DNA of 61,370 bases, counting the filler. It is 11 parts of 11 records of this genome, joined end to end, with 100 filler letters (N's around TTAATTAATTAA, not from the genome) between each part and the next. Parts side by side here need not be neighbours in the genome. Positions count along the whole stretch, not along the records: positions 1 to 11,822 come from SRR7504441_13082; 10 more parts are not named here. The stretch is one strand, 5' to 3'. Shown in pieces: positions 1-11,922 of the stretch (its first letter is position 1; the number at the start of each line of letters is the position of its first letter). The translations under genes were made by a program, and so were the position numbers. The notes below the pieces were generated by a model, which worked only from the letters and a program-made list of their open reading frames with translations, did not search any database and was not told the DNA's origin.

Positions 1-160
1 TAATCTTTTGCTCTCTAATCTTACTCATACTCGTACGTTACTCGTACGTGCTATCTTCCTTCAACGAAGACCTAACGAACCCAAACACGTTGCCAAACCA
101 GCGCGTGTAACAGCATGTACATTGCCGTGGATCTCGAGATCTTTGCCTCAGTTGAAGTGC

Positions 161-2446
161 CTAAAGTCCTATTGCGTGATCCTCGGCAGCTGCAGCGTTC
201 TTCTCTGCCAGAGGGTTCTCGATTTCTTTACCCATGGTTGGGGCAGGCTTGCCGGCACCATACTTGAAGTCCTTGTTGCCGTCCGTTTTCTTGATCAGCC
301 CGACCTCATGCTTGACTGCCTGCTGGGAGAGCCAGGAGATAGTGAAGTTGTAAAAGTACCAGCCCAGCCCGACAAAGAGGCAGATGATCCCGTTGAAGTA
401 AGGGTGTTCCTTCACGTAGCCAACGTCCCACACCTCCCACCACATCATCGAGAACACGACCCCACCGATGGCCAGCCGGCCCAGCTGGGTGCCAACCCAC
501 TTGAGCGGCACCTTGCGCCGGAATCTCTGAGCGTCGGTGTGGCAGATCAGAATCAGCGTCGAGAACCAGATCACTCCAGCCATCGAGCCATACACAATCC
601 GGCCCTTCCAGGCAGGCGTGTAATTCTTTTGGAGAGTGGCAAAGATTGTCTCAATCCCGCCGCCGTAGCAGAGGCAGCAGAAGAAGTAGAAAGGGTGCAG
701 AAAGACGTTCCACATCACGGCGCGGAACACGTTGCCATTCAGCGCATGGTCCTCGATATCGTCAGGCACTTGCTCGTAGTAAGTCTTGGCAAACAGGATT
801 GCAGTGAACAGTGCTGGCAGCAGGCAGAAGTAGGACTCCCATTCGTCAACGAATTCAGTTGTGACGCCGGTCCCGGTCAACTGCAGGATGGTTTCGCCCC
901 ATACGATACACGCCAGCCCTTTGAGCCTGGCAGTGCGGTACTCTGTGTGGATGGGCGGCGCATGGTGGCCCTCAGCGCGCAGGAAGAACTCCTTGACGTC
1001 GTCCGAGTGGTGGTGGTCGTTGCAGTGGCTGTGGTGCAGCTTCTTGCCGCCAATGATCGCCTCCTCGCCTGGAGACAGATCGTGCTGGTTCTTGAACGGG
1101 AGCAAGTACATCAGAGCCACGAAACAAAGGCACGAGAACCCCCAAGAGCATGAGTATAGTATGGCCACGTCGGTCGCCTTGTTCTTCCCTATCATCTGCC
1201 AGTGGACCATCCCAGCAATGGCACAGGCCACGTTGATCAAGACAGGCCCGACCAGGATGAACAGGATGTACTGGGTCCCGTATCGAGGGATCAGTCCGAT
1301 CACCTTCAGCGCACAGCACTCGTTGCCGTCCTCGTGCAGGATTCGCTCGGCGATGTCCCACACAGTCACGGCCGCTGACGCGATTCTCTTCTGCCGGTCG
1401 GATCCGTCTGACGGCAAGTGTCCGAGCTGTTGCTTGACCTGCTCAGCCTCCTCTGTGTACCCTTGGGCATTCAGAGTCTCGACCGCGTCATCAACCGCCT
1501 CCTGGCTCGGCTTGCGGCCTTCCCACCACATCCAGGCCGCGTGGTGCAGGCAGGCCACCGCCAGTCCGCCGTGGGCCAGGAACAAAGCGGCGCCCACCCC
1601 TGCCCCGGCAAAGTTGACGCACATCAGCTCGTCGGATCCGCCGGCTCGCCTGTGCACTGTGCCGTCCGAATAGCACGTGACTGTGGGAGCCGACCGGCGC
1701 CGTGACGTACTGTCTGCAGCGCGCCGGTGGGACGTACTGTCTAGATCGACGTACGAGTAGTAGAACATGTTGACACAGATCACGAGCAAGCAAATCATTT
1801 GGAAGTAGTAGAATAGCTGATGGGTCTTGTCTGGATTGTGCCCCGATTGGAAGTGCAGCAAATAAGCGTTGAACTGGCTCCACAAGTTGTACACGGCCAG
1901 CCAGCAGGCCAGCGCGCAGACAAAGTGCTGGAGGTCCTGGAAGCTCTGGGGGCCGTCGGTGGTATCGTACCCGTAGAAGGTGAAAATCTTGACGATCTTG
2001 TTGCAGGCTGCCACCATGAACAAGTCGTAGAACAAGTCAGTCCACGGCTGCCCCCCGGTCCGAGCCGGCCGGTTGCGCGGCCACCTCGTGCCGCTCGGGC
2101 GGTTTGTGTCGCTTGTCCGGATCCACGTTGATGTCCGGGTAGTAGACGTGGTAAATGTCCACCGGGTTGTGGAAGTTGTAGATGTAGCTCTGCCATCGCC
2201 GGTCGGCCGGGGGACGGGCTGGCACGGTACCTTGTGAGCGGCGTGCCGTTGGAGGATGGCCTCCTCGCGCTTCTTGGCCCATTTGAGCTCTTCGGGCCCA
2301 AGCCTCGTGCTCGGGCTCCCGGCGATCGACTTCTCCAGCCAGGACATGTTCTCCGTCGTGTCCTTCCGCCCTCCGTCCTGCTCCTGCATCTCAATGTCCT
2401 GCTTGGCAGCCGGCTCCGGTGTCTTCGGTGCGTTGGTCTCGTCCAT
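161..2446 (-). CDS. LtrA (low temperature requirement A)-family multi-pass membrane protein
   Basis: PWTDLFYDLFMVA and later GETI motifs resemble LtrA; many hydrophobic helices. Two probable short introns near 2050-2230 switch the frame. Confidence 0.7.
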   Translation of the reverse strand: MDETNAPKTPEPAAKQDIEMQEQDGGRKDTTENMSWLEKSIAGSPSTRLGPEELKWAKKREEAILQRHAAHKVPCQPVPRPTGDGRATSTTSTTRWTFTTSTTRTSTWIRTSDTNRPSGTRWPRNRPARTGGQPWTDLFYDLFMVAACNKIVKIFTFYGYDTTDGPQSFQDLQHFVCALACWLAVYNLWSQFNAYLLHFQSGHNPDKTHQLFYYFQMICLLVICVNMFYYSYVDLDSTSHRRAADSTSRRRSAPTVTCYSDGTVHRRAGGSDELMCVNFAGAGVGAALFLAHGGLAVACLHHAAWMWWEGRKPSQEAVDDAVETLNAQGYTEEAEQVKQQLGHLPSDGSDRQKRIASAAVTVWDIAERILHEDGNECCALKVIGLIPRYGTQYILFILVGPVLINVACAIAGMVHWQMIGKNKATDVAILYSCSWGFSCLCFVALMYLLPFKNQHDLSPGEEAIIGGKKLHHSHCNDHHHSDDVKEFFLRAEGHHAPPIHTEYRTARLKGLACIVWGETILQLTGTGVTTEFVDEWESYFCLLPALFTAILFAKTYYEQVPDDIEDHALNGNVFRAVMWNVFLHPFYFFCCLCYGGGIETIFATLQKNYTPAWKGRIVYGSMAGVIWFSTLILICHTDAQRFRRKVPLKWVGTQLGRLAIGGVVFSMMWWEVWDVGYVKEHPYFNGIICLFVGLGWYFYNFTISWLSQQAVKHEVGLIKKTDGNKDFKYGAGKPAPTMGKEIENPLAEKNAAAAEDHAIGL

Positions 2447-2528
2447 GCTCGTCGACCCGCCTCCTCTGTGACGGGTAGCCTACGCCAACTGCAACTGTGG
2501 GTGCAACGGCCAAAATCCTGGTCTTCCG

Positions 2529-4991
2529 ATGCTCTTCTTCAGGCTGCTGCGGGTGCTCCTCCGGTGGGCTCGATCCTGGCCCCCGGGGCCGGCCGAGGTG
2601 CTCAAGTTCGGGCCGCGGCTGCTGGGGCTGCTCGCCGCCGTGGCCGCCCTCCACACCCTGGCCTCCTCGCTCGCCAACCGGCTGACCGACCGGGAGCGCA
2701 GCTGGCTGGCGTACCAGCGGCACAAGGTGCGCCCCCCCACGGCCCGGGATGAGCTGGGCCAGCGGCGCAAGCTGCTGCAGGACCTGCTCGCCACCCCGGC
2801 CGGCGTCCCGGCGGAGCGAATCGCCGATGCGGCCGACGAGTTGGCTCGTTGCGACGGCCCGGGCTCGGCCGAGGTGCTGCACGCTCGGCACGCGGCGGCC
2901 GAGGCGCTGGCCGGCGAGCTGGATGAGGCCGAGCCTGACGACCTGCCCGAGCTGCTCGAGCTGGCTGGCCAGCTTGAACCGGTCGGGCACCCGGGACTTG
3001 CGGCGGCCGCGGCTCGGGCCGGCACCGCGGCTTCCTCCCGGCGACGGAGCGAGCTTTGGCAGGCCGGGCAGCTGATCATGAGGGTGCGGTGGCAGCTGCC
3101 GTGGGCCGGGCTCGGGGCCGGGCTGTCACTGGTGTGCGGGGCGCTTTATGCGAGCAAGACCCATTACCAGAGTGAGGCGATTGAGCTGGTTAGGAGGCTG
3201 GCCGTGCACGGGGAAGGCCCGCACGACCAACTCGGGCGGCTGGTGGGGGCGATGCTGCTGATGCAACTGGGCTCCGCGGTGGCCGAGCAGCTGCGCGAGA
3301 AGGCGGTCGAGCTAGGGAAAGGCCGGATGGAGCTCGAGCTGAAGACAGCGCTGCTCCGGGCTATGATGAGCCAGGACCTGAGCTTCTTCGATAAGCAGTC
3401 GAGCCACGAGCTGGCCGGGCTGGTGGACAGCTGCGGGACGGTCTGCCACGAGCTGCTCACCGGGCCGGCCGCTGCGATTGAAGCCGTGACCCACATTGCG
3501 GTGTCGCTCTCGCTGTTGTACAGGCAGAGCTCGAGGCTTACTCTGATGGCCGCGGGGCTGCTGTCGGCCCAGCACCTGGCACTGGCCGGGCTGGAGCTGC
3601 TCGAGCAGGCGTTGCAGGCCCGACGGTGCCGGCCTGTGCGGGGGGAGCGAGTGGGGGAAGGTTTGAGCCGGATCTTGGCGAGCGAGAGCAAGGCTGGCGA
3701 CAGGCGCTCTGCCCCCGGATGATGCGCACCGTACGCAGGTGGCCGGCTGTCGGTCGGCGGCTCAGGCCCGGGCAGCTGCGCGCGGGAGCCAATGGAGCTG
3801 GAGAACTTTGAGCTGCTGCTCCGCTCGAACAGGCGTCTGGCCTCGTCAGAGGGCACGGTCTGGCGTGCATTCGCGACGGTGCGCGAGCTGGTCGAGCGGT
3901 CGGCCGAGCTGTTGCTGCTCTGGCTGGCCGGGCGGGCGGTGGCGGCCCGGCAGCTGCAGGTGGGCGGGCTGGTGAGCTTCGTGTATACAGCCTCGGTGGG
4001 CGGTCGGACACAGTCAGCGCTGAGGAGGGGGCAGGCCACCTTTGACCAGTGCCGGATGTTCTGGGCGCGACACGCCGCGATGCACCAGACCGCGCTCGCC
4101 CCCGCCGCCCAGATATGCCAGCTGCTCACCAGCCGGCCGTCGATCGGGCTTGACAAGCCTCCGCTCGAGCAGATGCCTCCCGCAGGCCAACGTGGCTGGG
4201 GAGTTGAGTTTGATCGAGTGAGTTTTGAATACCCCGAGAGGTCCGGGTCACTTGCGCTCGAGCAAGTGAGTTTCGAGCTGCCCGAGGGCGGGGTGGTCGG
4301 GCTGATCGGGCCGACGGGAAGCGGTAAGTCGACTGTTGTCGGGCTACTCCACAGACTGTACGACCCAACATCAGGGCTGGTCCGACTGGGCGGACTGCCG
4401 CTCAGCGCATACAATCCTCTGTGGCTGCGCCGGCGGGTTGGAGTGGTCAGCCAGGACGCGGTGTTGTTCGACCTCTCGCTGCGAGATAATCTAGTCTACA
4501 GCTGCGATCGGCCAGATCTCATCTCCGACGCAACGATCGAGGCGGCTCTCCGGATGGCAGGCTGGCCGGAGGTGGTAGAGGACCGGGCCAGGTTCCCGGA
4601 GGGGCTGCACACCCCGGCGGGCGAGTCCGGGGTGCTGCTGTCGGGCGGCGAGCGGCAGCGGGTGGCGATCGCGCGGGCTGTGCTCAAGGATCCCAAGCTG
4701 CTGCTACTCGACGAGGCCACGAGCGCGCTGGATGAGCGGACACAGGCGGCGGTCCAGCGGGCCCTCGAGCGGATGCTGCCCGGCCGAACCTGCCTGATGG
4801 TGGCGCACAGGCTGTCCACGCTGCGCCGAGCGGACTGGCTGGTCTGCTTGGAGCGAGGCCGGGTGTGCGAGCAGGGCACGCCTGAGCAGTTGCTCCGGGC
4901 CGGTGGGATGTATGCCGAGTTCATACACCACCAGACCCAAGGCGGCCCCAACCAGCCGCGCGGGGCGAGTGAAGCCGATGGAGCCCAATAA
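2529..4991 (+). CDS. ABCB/TAP-like ABC half-transporter (TMD-NBD), spliced
   Basis: SQDLSFFD loop, Walker A GPTGSGKST, signature LSGGERQR, Walker B LLLLDEATSALD, AHRLST. Two short GT-AG introns near 3627-3775 restore RTVRSCARE. Confidence 0.92.
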
Positions 4992-5360
4992 ATCTGGTCG
5001 ATTAAACCGATGTTACTTAGTGCCTATACTCGAGCGATTGTACAAGCGTCGACGAGTACGAGAACGAAAAGCGAGACCGCTTCCTTGATCTCAGCAGCAC
5101 CAGACGGACTAAGGCGGGGCGACAGCGTGACGCGCGCTACCGGGCCGCGAGGACAGCGGCTGCACGCCTGAGTAAGCGCAAGGGTGGGGGGAGTCTGCTG
5201 GGTCTGCTGCAACAAGCTCTTCTGTGACCAGCCAGCTGGTGCGCTGCCAGCACCCGAGCCGCACCCCCGCGAGCCGGCTGCTTCCCCGGCGGCGTGCGCG
5301 GGCTTGTTGAAGACAAGAGAATTTATTCTAGATTACGAATCGTAGCTGCGGTCATCGGGT

Positions 5361-6020
5361 TTACTTGGCCTGCGGCCCTGTCAGCGAGCGGCTGCAGGCT
5401 GCGGCGCACCTTCTTGGCAACCATGTCCTTGAAGCGCTGGAAGTCCGAGATGGTAGCCTTGCGCTTCTTGGAGGCGATCTTCTTGGCCCACGAAGTCTTG
5501 TCCCACTGGGCGGCCACGTCAGCCTCCGCCCAGGTCTTGACGCAGGTCCCCATGCGAGCCCCCCGCTGAATCTTAACCTTGAGGTCTGTGAGCGAGATGC
5601 GCTTGTACCCGATCTCCTGCACCCACCCCGTCAGCTCTCGACTCGGCCAGCGGGCCAGCAGGGCGCTACTAGGCGCTGGGGTCCAGGGGCGGTGGCGGCA
5701 GGAGAGGCGCACCTGCTTCTTCTTGTCGCAGTCTGGGCTGTACACCATGCACTGCCAGCCCGCAGCGTCAGACCCCCGGGCAGTCGGTCCGGACCCACCC
5801 GGTTCTGATCGATCACGTCGACGATCATGCCCAGCTTGCCGGCGTCAGGCCCGTAGTTGATCAGCACAACGCGGCCCATTTCTACAAATCGTGTGAATCC
5901 CTGCGGCCGGCAGGCTCAGCGCACGCGTCATAACCCCCGCCCCCTCGCAGGCCACCCCGCTAACACAGGCCACACGCAACACAGGGCGGGGCTTCACGGC
6001 CGCAGGCGGGAAGGCACCAT
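5361..6020 (-). CDS. RPL14: 60S ribosomal protein L14 (eL14), four introns
   Basis: Spliced product [35 protein letters not shown]...W.K.SWAKK...SDFQRFK. ATG-only first exon; GT-AG introns with CTGAC/CTGAG branch motifs. Confidence 0.93.
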
Positions 6021-6193
6021 AGTCTTCGATCGCTCTGCCTTTCAAGCAACGGAAGTTTTCAACGGATTCGCTTGGCGGAAGCCAACCAGTCTGCCAGTGC
6101 AGTGCTTCCGTGTGAGTCGAGGTCGGTCAGGCGAGGAGAGCGGCGTTCAGCCCCTCGGCTGTGTGATCCAGTGCGCCTCCTGCCGCCCAGCCG

Positions 6194-7556
6194 ATGAGCG
6201 CGGCGCACCCGTGGGACCTGGATCCGGCGTACGACGCGGTGCACCGGGCCGCCGCCCCGGGGGTCTGCCGGTTCGCCCCGCCGCTGACGGCCCGGCGCCG
6301 GGTAGGGCTGGCCAGCTGCCGCTCCATGGCCGACCACCGGCCGATCGGGCCCGGTGGGCCGTGGGCCGAGGCGGCGGCCGGGTCCGAGGACCAGCAGTGG
6401 GGAGCGCTCATCCCGCCGCGCAAGCACCCGCCGGGAGTGCTGCTCACCCACAACGCGGCCGCGGCCTCCAAGGAGCGGCCGGCCCGGCTGCTCGATACGC
6501 TGGACGAGCTCGAGCGGAGCGGGGCGGCAGGGCTGTGCCTGCCGATTGCGCCGCGGCTGGCCAGCCGGGCGGAGCTGTGCAGCGTGCACACGGCGGGGCA
6601 CGTGGAGATGGTGCTCGGGCTGGAGGGGGAGCGGGCGCTGCTCGAGGCCCAGATGCGCTCCAACTACGTCTGGCTCGGCCCGGAGAGTGTCCGATCGGCG
6701 CTGACTGCGGCGGGGTGTGCGGTGCAGTGTGTGGAGGAGGTGATCGACGGCGCAGCCGAGCACGCGGTGGCGGTGGTGCGGCCGCCGGGGCACCACGCTG
6801 GGTGCGGGTGCATGGAGGGGTTCTGTGTCTTTAATAACGTTGCGGTCGCGGCCGGGCGGGCGCTTGCACTAGGGCTGGAGAGGGTGCTCGTAGTGGATTG
6901 GGACGTCCATCACGGAGACGGCACCCAACAAATCTTTGAGTCGGACCCTCGCTGCCTGTGCTTCTCAGTGCACAGGTGCGGGCTTGTATACGTGTAGGTA
7001 TTGCAGGCTAGAGGGCTCAGCTCGGGTTTGCAGGTGGGACTGGGGGATCTTCTACCCCGGCTCCTACTACCAAGAGATCAACCAGCCGGTCCCAGGCCGG
7101 CCAGACAATATCGGGTCGGGGCCCGGGCTTGGATACTCCATCAACGTCGGGTGGGACTGCGTGAGCACTGGAACTCCGATGGGTGACCCCGAGTACGCAG
7201 CTGCCTGGCAGGCGGTGCTGATGCCGGTAGCGCGCGAGTACAACCCCCAGCTGGTGCTTGTGTCGGCAGGGTTCGATGCGGCTAAGGGCGACCCTGAGGG
7301 TGAGTGCCTGGTCACTCCTGAGGGATATGCGCACCTGACAAGCGAGCTGCTCTCTCTGGGCGCGCCGGTGGTGGTGGTGCTCGAGGGCGGATATAACACG
7401 GCCTCGGTCAAATTCGGGCTGGGCGCTGTGCTCAGCGTGCTGCTGGGGGCCGAGGCGCCCGAACGAGGCTCTTTCGGGGAGCCCAATGCAGCGGGTCTTG
7501 CGGCGATCAACGAGACGATTCAGGCTTTACAAGGTAAATGGAAAGGAATTGGTTAG
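6194..7556 (+). CDS. Class II histone deacetylase (single HDAC6/10-like domain)
   Basis: RPPGHHA, GFCVFNN, DWDVHHGDGTQ, SAGFDAAKGDP, LEGGYN; intron 6976-7033 joins SVHR to WD. Confidence 0.92.
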
Positions 7557-7767
7557 CTATTGATCAATTTCTTATACACTCACGGAGATAGATCTTGAAT
7601 TGTATTTAAATTGTATTAGTGTACATGACGTGATCGTTGGACGAGCCGGCTAGATGTTGTGACTCATGGCGTTGAGTCCCTGGATTGTGTATGTATGTGA
7701 TAGAATCCCACGATCACGTCCAGGCTATATTGAATACAGTCGTCGCAAGAGGCAGCGGCATAGCCGG

Positions 7768-9922
7768 CTAGATCTCTTGCTTGGACGCCTCGAGCAGCAG
7801 CGACGAAACGGCCTGCGCCGATTCCGGGTTGGAGGCTGGAGGTAGCTGGAGCGAGGGCGGGGTCTCTCGGGCGGCCGTGGCCAGCGAGGGCAGCGAGCTG
7901 AGCACATGGATAACTTGGTTCCTGCCGGCTGCTCAGCCAGGCCAGACCGAAAGAGCCGCACCGAGCATTCTCACACTCATCGCTGAACCATTCCTGCGAA
8001 TTGTCGTCCTCGCTCTCTTGGCCGTCGTCCTCCTTGAGACCCGGGTTGGATGTGGCATCCAGATAGGCTTTGGCGGCCAGCTCCGGCGTGTCGTAACACC
8101 CGATGTACCTCTTGAACCTCTTGCCGCGCTTGCCTGCCACCACAGCTCGGCACTGCACGTCAGAGCCTCTCACCAGCGCTCACGTAGGCCTCCCAACGGC
8201 ATCCAGCCCGGGAGACTCCCATGTACCCGGAGGCGGCCTTGGACGAGCGCACCAGCTCCGGCTCCTCCTCGGGAGAGCAGGGCAGAGACCGCTTGGGCAG
8301 TCTTGGGCTGCGCCACGCTGTGAGCAGCGGCCGGGGCGGGGCGGCACCTCAGCTTGGGGCTCTTACCAGCCTCTCGGGGGGCGAGCTGTGGGCTCGAGCC
8401 GGCTGGTTGCTTGGTATAAGCCTCAGCGTAGGCAATTGCAGCCTCGCGCGGAGTGTCAAAGCGGCCAATGTACCGCTTGCCAGAGGTGCCATTCCCGATG
8501 TAGGCTTCCCAGCGGGATCCGGCCCGGGAGACCCCGCGGAAGCCGGAGGCCGATTTGTGCGAGGTCATCAGATTGAGAGCGCCGTCCTCCTGCACCGGAC
8601 CGCTCAGTCGCTCACCGCGCCACCACTCACAGCAGAAGCGAGAGTGAGACTATCGTTGGTAGCGTCGGTTGCGCCGGACTGGGTGAGCACCGGCGAGCTG
8701 GTGGTCGGGGGCTGGCTGGCGGCGGCCTTCATCATCCGGCCAAACTCTGGCAGCTTCTGCATCCTGTGGAACTTCTCCTTGACTTGTCCCGGCGTGCGGG
8801 CGTCTGGCATGGCCGCGGCCACCAGCTTCCACTTGTTCTTGTGGCTCCGGTGCTGGTGGACTAGCGCCACCAGCAGTGAGGCGTCCGCGTCGCTCCAGCC
8901 TTTCTTGATCTTTGGGAAAGCTGTCGAGCCCTTTGGCGACGGATGGGTCGAGCACACGGACTGCGCCTTGCACCCGGGCTTGTGCTGCTGGCTGCGGCGC
9001 TCACACGCGGCGCACGGACAGCTCCCGTTGCAAACCTGCCGGCTAGCTCGCCCACCCCCCAATGGGCCGCGCACCGGGCAACACCAGAGCGAAGGGTCAG
9101 CTATCAGATCCGCAAAGTCCGTAGCAAAGCTATTGTGCACACAGCGGTCGCAAAAGTGGTGCGCCAGACCGTTCTCGCACGAGGCCCACCCGCGCCCGGG
9201 CTTGCGGTGGTGGCATCGGTGGCACTGCGGTGTCATCACTCTGGGCTGTCCGGCGACAACTCTTTCGGTCTGGCACGCTTGCCCCGAACTGGCCTGCTGC
9301 CTCGCGGCGTGCCGGAGGGCCGAGATCATGCTGCCCTGGGAGGGCGAGCAGGCCGCCGCGATCTTGCCCTCGCGCTGCATCCGGAGCCACTTCTCGCGGA
9401 CCTGTGCTCGGACGTGAGCGGCCAGCCGAGCGGCGCGCTAGCCTGGCCGGGGGTGCGCGGGTCGGGCATGGACTGGGCGATCAGCTTCCACTTGCTCTTG
9501 CGCCGGCCGTGCTGTTCGGCCAACCTGCCGGCCGAGTGAGCAACCAGTCTGGCCAGACCCGACTGCGCGACACACAAGATTCGAACAAGCACTCACCGGA
9601 TCAAGAGCGATTCCTCGTGCTCGGTCCAGCCGCGCTTGATCTCGGCCTCCGACTCCAGGCCCGTACCCTCCTCTTCCTCCTCCTCCTCGTCATCGTTGTC
9701 GTCGCCGTCAAGCCGCCACTTATCTGAAGGGCAGCAATGCTCACTCCACGCGACCGGCTTGTTCTCGGGAGAGAGCTGCTGGGCCAAGAACTCGATCACC
9801 CCGAGCTCCCGCGGCTGGTCCATCCCGCTCTTCTCCTCGCCCGCCTCGCGCCGCTCCGGCTCCAGAGTCGAGCCGTGCTGCCGTTCTAGTTTGATCCCTT
9901 CGCAACCCTGTAGCGCGAGCAT
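7768..9922 (-). CDS. Multi-domain DNA/chromatin reader: Myb/SANT, zf-4CXXC_R1-like finger, Myb/SANT, AP2, AP2
   Basis: Two KxGW(T/S)..LL..KWKL(I/V)A..MPD.RTPGQV(R/K)EK repeats; CHRC..C..FCDRC..WCCPV..C..CPCAAC; two AP2-like YIG.(F/Y)DTP..AA.AY segments. Exon joins and ends inferred. Confidence 0.65.
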
Positions 9923-10466
9923 CGTCGACCCGGCTCGATCTATCGGCCGGTCGAGTGGAATTGCCCGGCGCTCCGCGGCTGGCTCGCGCGATCGGAGCCC
10001 CAACTGGTGCGGCCCGAGCCGTTTGATGGGCGCCTCGCGTTCCGTGCCGGGGCGCGCTTTGAACCGTAGAGGGGCGCGCCGGGTCCGGGAAATGGGGGCG
10101 GGGGCAAGCTAGAGGCTTGATCGTGCGCTAAGCTCTTGGTCCGCTCGCTCGGTTGGACGTCCGGGGGCGCGGCAACCGGTAGGGTGTCGGGGCGGGTTGC
10201 GTTCCAATGCGACGAGCTGTCTGTTCGTGGAGGCGAGTAGCGAGTCGGTTGGTGCTGATTCTCAGCAATTCTCAGCCACTCAATCCCGATCCGTTGGTGG
10301 AAGCAAGCAGTGCAACCACGGCGGTGTTCGGGTAGTGTTCGGGTGTTTACCGAGGTGGTGCTTGAGGAGCAGCCCACCACATTTCTGACACTCCACCGGC
10401 TGCGCGGAGGGCGGCAACTGCCGCGCCCCGCCACCATCCTGACTAGCGCTCATCACGCCGCGGCGC

Positions 10467-11045
10467 TTGCGGGGCGCCCGGCGGCCCAGCCACATCTGGC
10501 GGGTGATCGCGCGGCACTTCGTCAACAGGCGGCACCGGGCAGAGGAACAAGCGCTGGCCATGCTCCGGTTCGTCGACTGGCTGGCTCTCCGGCCCGCCAA
10601 GGCCCCCTTTTATGGCCAAGCCGCAGTCTCGAAGCACCCGTTTTCACAGCTGCCCAGTGAAGTGCTTGGCCAGATCCTTTGGGGCTGCTCAGCACAATGC
10701 CACGTGCTGTTCGCAGCGTGCTGCAGCCTCTGGTACCACGCAGGGCCTGTTGCGCTGCTCCAAGCAGCCCGGGCCAACTTGCGTGAGCTTTCAAAGTTGC
10801 TGCCGCGAGCAAGATGGATGGTGTTTACTGCCCGAGGATGGGCCGTTGGCGATCAAGCAGTTACTTTGCTAACTGCCCATTGCAGCACCATCCAGCACCG
10901 ACCATGCGCTCAGTACACTCGAAAGGTCGCATTCCATGTGGCTAAGCTTCATCAACTGATGGGCCGGCCGCAATATACACGGTGTCACATGGCGACTTGT
11001 GGCATAGACTTGGACGACATCGAAGAAGCCTTATCCCCTCGGTGA
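10467..11045 (+). CDS. Hypothetical protein with possible F-box-like motif; start uncertain
   Basis: ORF contains FSQLPSEVLGQIL; no other recognised motif. Confidence 0.3.
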   Translation: MRGARRPSHIWRVIARHFVNRRHRAEEQALAMLRFVDWLALRPAKAPFYGQAAVSKHPFSQLPSEVLGQILWGCSAQCHVLFAACCSLWYHAGPVALLQAARANLRELSKLLPRARWMVFTARGWAVGDQAVTLLTAHCSTIQHRPCAQYTRKVAFHVAKLHQLMGRPQYTRCHMATCGIDLDDIEEALSPR

Positions 11046-11371
11046 AGTGGTTCCTGCTGGTTGGATTTTGTGTGTGATCTTCGTAGTGCTGGTTGCCTTT
11101 GGCGTCCTCAACGTTCTGACCGGAGTGTTCTCGAAAATATGCTTGAGCTAATAATAAGCTTGAGCCAATGACCTACTATTGTAACGGCGTAAGGACGCTA
11201 ATCAAACGCCCCTGGCCGCACCACTTGGGGCTCTGGTCACAGCTCAACATAGCGGTAGACGGGTAGAGACTAGAGAGGTTGCCGGGTTGCAAGCGAATCC
11301 TCTTGAAACTGTATGAAACGCAGCCATCTGGCAGCCATCCCCAGTCAGATGAGCATGAAGGACGTTGAGCG

Positions 11372-11822
11372 TTGGAGCATGGCAGATCAGGTTCAGGGAG
11401 CTTGAGAGAGGAGGGTGGGGCTGAGAGTGGGGCGAGGACAGCGCGCGAGATGTTCTTGACAAGGGCTAACAAGCCCTCGCCCGTCCTGCCCTCCCGCCGC
11501 GCCCCCCGCCCAGACCGGCGCGACCCGCAGGCCTGCCGCGACCGTCTCAACGGCCGGCTCTCGCGATCCCGCCGCTCACCTAGTGCCCGGCGGTCGGCCA
11601 GCCCGGAGGAGGGGGACTCAGTGCTCTTGCTCACACCACGCCGGTCGGTGGAGCTCGGGTCGGACGGGGTGGCCGCCCTGGTCCAGAAGCTGCAGGAGGA
11701 GAACGACGAGCTGGTAGCCGAGCAGGCCGAGCTGATCAGCAAGAACCAACGGCTGCAGGCCGAGCTGAGCCGACAGGGGGCGCCGGAGCGGCTGGCCGCC
11801 TTAGAGCGCCAGAACGCCGCGC
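11372..11822 (+). CDS. Hypothetical coiled-coil protein, 3' truncated by contig end
   Basis: RS-rich segment followed by heptad-like LVQKLQEENDELVAEQAELISKNQRLQAEL running into the spacer. Confidence 0.4.
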
Positions 11823-11922
11823 NNNNNNNNNNNNNNNNNNNNNNNNNNNNNNNNNNNNNNNNNNNNTTAATTAATTAANNNNNNNNNNNNNNNNNNNNNN
11901 NNNNNNNNNNNNNNNNNNNNNN
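11823..11922. other. Artificial contig spacer (also 15633-15732, 20299-20398, 23545-23644, 30413-30512, 40493-40592, 44570-44669, 49495-49594, 53612-53711, 57391-57490)
   Basis: Ten identical 44N-TTAATTAATTAA-44N blocks giving stops in all six frames. Confidence 0.98.

Noticed and set aside
8..1673. Long antisense and overlapping ORFs here and throughout the window
   Set aside because: Expected shadows of high-GC coding sequence; no recognisable motifs.
5080..5290. TPP riboswitch, SRP RNA or RNase MRP identity for the structured island
   Set aside because: Only isolated short matches (GCTGAGA, GGAAGCAGCC, GCTTACTCAG on the minus strand); the required partner motifs are missing.
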